From the NCBI GenBank assembly GCA_965603825.1, contig CBFDEM010000057.1, positions 744,001-808,000 on the forward strand: a DNA stretch of 64,000 nt, read 5' to 3'. The notes below the pieces were generated by a model. That model saw nothing but the letters and a program-made list of their open reading frames with translations, searched no databases and was not told where the DNA came from. Position numbers and translations under genes: made by a program. This stretch comes from Blepharisma stoltei ATCC 30299 (Eukaryota; Protista; Ciliophora). Shown here piece by piece: positions 61,609 through 64,000 of the stretch; the first letter of the stretch is position 1, and each line of letters starts with the position of its first letter.

Positions 61609-62052
61609 TTACAATTGTCTAAGAGGAATTCTTTTTCTTGTTTTAACAGGCGAGAAAAACCCTTCTGGGACTTCTATATTATCCAGAACATGGTCTAACT
61701 GTCCTTCCAATCTATTCATGTGTTCATAAAAAGTATTCCTAATTTCTGGTACTGTAAAAACAGGCTTAGGAAGTGGAGGAGTTTTTGATACGTCTTTTAA
61801 AATCACAGGTGGGTTATTTTCTTTATTTTGATTTTGTTTTATCATCAATTTTCATACCAAGCTTGGGGGTCTTCTATCACTTGCTGATGAACTTCTAGGT
61901 CGTCTTGATGATGCAAAATGTTGGCTGAAATATTCAGGGATAAGCTTGGCTTCGATTTTTTTCTTGTTTGCGACCATTACAGGCTTGTTAAGGTTTGCTG
62001 AAGGCGGTCTAGGTTTTATACAGTTGGGTGTGATTGTAGGCTTGATAGACAT
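61609..62052 (-). CDS. Hypothetical Pro/Ser/basic protein (147 aa)
   Basis: Two track ORFs joined through TGA at 61852. Confidence 0.6.
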
Positions 62053-62228
62053 TTTTGATTTTAAATTATGATTTCATAAAATAAACTGTTATCGATCAAT
62101 TTTTTGACAGAATAATTTTGATTTTAAATTATAAGTATTTGCTATTATTCTTAAATAAATTAGCAAAATTTATTCCTAAAATTAACATTCTTATAAAAAT
62201 TGCCAGAAAAATCTATTATTATAAGAAA

Positions 62229-64000
62229 TTAAAAAGCGTTATCCCAAGCTTCTGACTCTTGGACATTCCCTTTTTTAGCAGGCACTATATCTTCATCTTC
62301 TCCTAAAGAATTCAGCACGCTTTCCAAGCTCTTTGGATTTTTCATAGCTTTTTCAATTTCTTTATCCAGCTCAGGCAGATGAGGAACATAAGGAGTTGGC
62401 AGTAATTTACTTAATAGCCTTTCCCAGTCAACTGTACAAAACCACTCATTTCTTTTTAAATTTTCAATGCTCCCTCCTAGTCTCATCGCTGGATTTTTGC
62501 TTAAAAGCTGCTCAATCACTGTCCTAACTGCACTTTTTTTATTTAAATACCCAGGAAACTGTATTTTTCTTGCCAAAATTTTTTCATAAATTGCGTAAGG
62601 CTCGTCTTCGTCATTTCCAAAAGGCAAACAGCCACAAATAAATTCAAATAACATTATTCCTAAGCTCCAATAGTCGACTGCTATCCCATAGCCTTTTCCT
62701 ATAATAATTTCAGGTGCCATATAATGAGGAGTCCCTAAGATTGTATAAGTCCTTCCAGAGACAATTTTTGCGGTGCCAAAATCAATTAATTTAGGGTAGC
62801 CTTCGTCGTCAATCATAACATTTTCAGGCTTTAAGTCACGATAAATAATATCCCGCTCATGAAGATGCTCTAAAATGCAAAGAAGGCAGGATGTGTAGAA
62901 TAAGGAATCTTCTTCGTTTACAAGGCCAAGCTCTCGGAGAACATCAAAAAGGTCCAGACCTCTCACATATTCAAACAAAAAATATAATCTTTTGTTATCT
63001 TTAAAAGTCCTGACTAATTTTAATATAAAATTGTGGTCAATTTCCATAAGAATATTTCTTTCCAGCATTACCATAGACTGTAATTGATATTCTTCGATTT
63101 TTTTCCTTGAAACTGCTTTAAGTGCATATAAAGATCCTTTAGCTCTATGGGCGGTCAATATAACATTTCCAAACATGCCTCTGCCAAGCACTTTAACTGG
63201 CACGAGCTCTTCAATCTCAATTTTATCATCTTGCAAAAATATTCTTTTTAATAGCCTCGTCCTTAAAGCTTCATCAATTATATTCAAAAAGTCAGACTTC
63301 CTTAATATCCAGCATGAAGATTGGCCTTTAGATATCACAGTTGCTGTCCTATTTTTATCAAAAAGCAGGGACCTTTCACCGAAATAGTCCAATTTTTTAA
63401 TAGCCCTTATCATCTGACCATCTTGGTAAACTTCAACTTTTCCTGATCTTACTATAAAAAAAGAATCCCCTGGGCTGTTTTGTTTGACAATTTCAAAGCC
63501 ATCACTGTATTCCTGTACAAGTAAAGCGTGGCTTAAAGCTTGCAATTGGTCATTACTTAGTCCTCTTAAAAGCTGAATTTTTTTCATGACTTGTAAAGCT
63601 TCATTATTAGCAGTGGCATGCTCATACCTTCCTCCAATACAAATTTGGAATTTCTCTTTTGTAATAAATGCACAATCAGTATCTGCATCAGCTAAAATAT
63701 CATACTCATAGGTTTCTGCTGACTCATTAGTAATTTCTTCGTCTCCTAGACAATTAAATTTTTCAATAATTGTATCAGAATACTTTAATTTTCCTTTTAA
63801 TATAATAATAAGCTGTGCACCTTTAGCTGCGCCTCTTTGAATTACGCGTGTGCCTGCTTCATAAGTATTAATTTCCATTGCAGCAATCAGTGAATTCGCT
63901 TGTTCACTAGTCAATTGGCTTAAAGTTTTGCTTTTTTCAATCGCAATTTTCTGCGAATTTTTATAAATAATTTGATGCAGATGATTTCCAAGCACTTTTA
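62229..64000 (-). CDS. PKG: cGMP-dependent protein kinase, alveolate multi-cNMP type (5'-partial)
   Basis: cNMP-binding domains (YFGERSLL...RTATV) followed by an AGC kinase (GRGMFG, YRDLKPEN, DFG, GTPHYMAPE); the frame runs off the window edge. Confidence 0.93.
   Translation of the reverse strand, partial: KVLGNHLHQIIYKNSQKIAIEKSKTLSQLTSEQANSLIAAMEINTYEAGTRVIQRGAAKGAQLIIILKGKLKYSDTIIEKFNCLGDEEITNESAETYEYDILADADTDCAFITKEKFQICIGGRYEHATANNEALQVMKKIQLLRGLSNDQLQALSHALLVQEYSDGFEIVKQNSPGDSFFIVRSGKVEVYQDGQMIRAIKKLDYFGERSLLFDKNRTATVISKGQSSCWILRKSDFLNIIDEALRTRLLKRIFLQDDKIEIEELVPVKVLGRGMFGNVILTAHRAKGSLYALKAVSRKKIEEYQLQSMVMLERNILMEIDHNFILKLVRTFKDNKRLYFLFEYVRGLDLFDVLRELGLVNEEDSLFYTSCLLCILEHLHERDIIYRDLKPENVMIDDEGYPKLIDFGTAKIVSGRTYTILGTPHYMAPEIIIGKGYGIAVDYWSLGIMLFEFICGCLPFGNDEDEPYAIYEKILARKIQFPGYLNKKSAVRTVIEQLLSKNPAMRLGGSIENLKRNEWFCTVDWERLLSKLLPTPYVPHLPELDKEIEKAMKNPKSLESVLNSLGEDEDIVPAKKGNVQESEAWDNAF

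Noticed and set aside
911-63387. Many short antisense ORFs in the track (e.g. 7249..7785, 11036..11242, 58024..58347, 60638..61033)
   Set aside because: They are shadows of longer genes on the opposite strand and carry no motifs.
1-64000. Selenocysteine reading of TGA
   Set aside because: The TGAs I could place in known motifs are at Trp positions, none at a catalytic Cys, and no SECIS was recognised.
1-64000. Mycoplasma-like or mitochondrial origin (also UGA=Trp); CRISPR; telomere repeats; IESs
   Set aside because: The genes are eukaryotic nuclear (Rab, PKG, ACOX). I saw no spacer-repeat array, no CCCTAACA tracts, and no insertions interrupting conserved genes.

Overview
AT-rich, gene-dense eukaryotic DNA read with a variant nuclear code: TGA = Trp, while TAA and TAG are stops. 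In-frame TGA sits at invariant Trp positions (Rab IW-DTAGQE, acyl-CoA oxidase KWW, PDE KW..EFFxQGD, kelch repeats), so the supplied ORF track is split at Trp codons. Re-read this way, the window holds about 28 genes that need no introns, with very short spacers. That fits a heterotrich ciliate macronuclear chromosome, most likely Blepharisma (inference). Content: DUSP-domain protease tail, two cyclic-nucleotide PDEs (one membrane-type, one multi-GAF/PAS), IQ-motif protein, HLS1-like GNAT, Rab5-family GTPase, acyl-CoA oxidase, TKL-like kinase, PAS/TmcB-like membrane protein, CCR4/Angel-like EEP, ANF-receptor multipass protein, DJ-1/PfpI lacking its catalytic Cys, two GSTs, B-box and RING proteins, a 1484-aa NB-ARC/TPR (NLR-like) protein, a kelch protein and PKG. 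Two accessory zones stand out. (1) 14-18.5 kb: an ACX remnant, a decayed piggyBac transposase and an unexplained GC-rich structured island. (2) 33.4-48.7 kb: an OTU-protease/Merlin (IS1595-like) transposase relic plus a birth-and-death array of lipid-anchor-motif TPR genes and an unassigned CaaX-terminated domain present in three copies.
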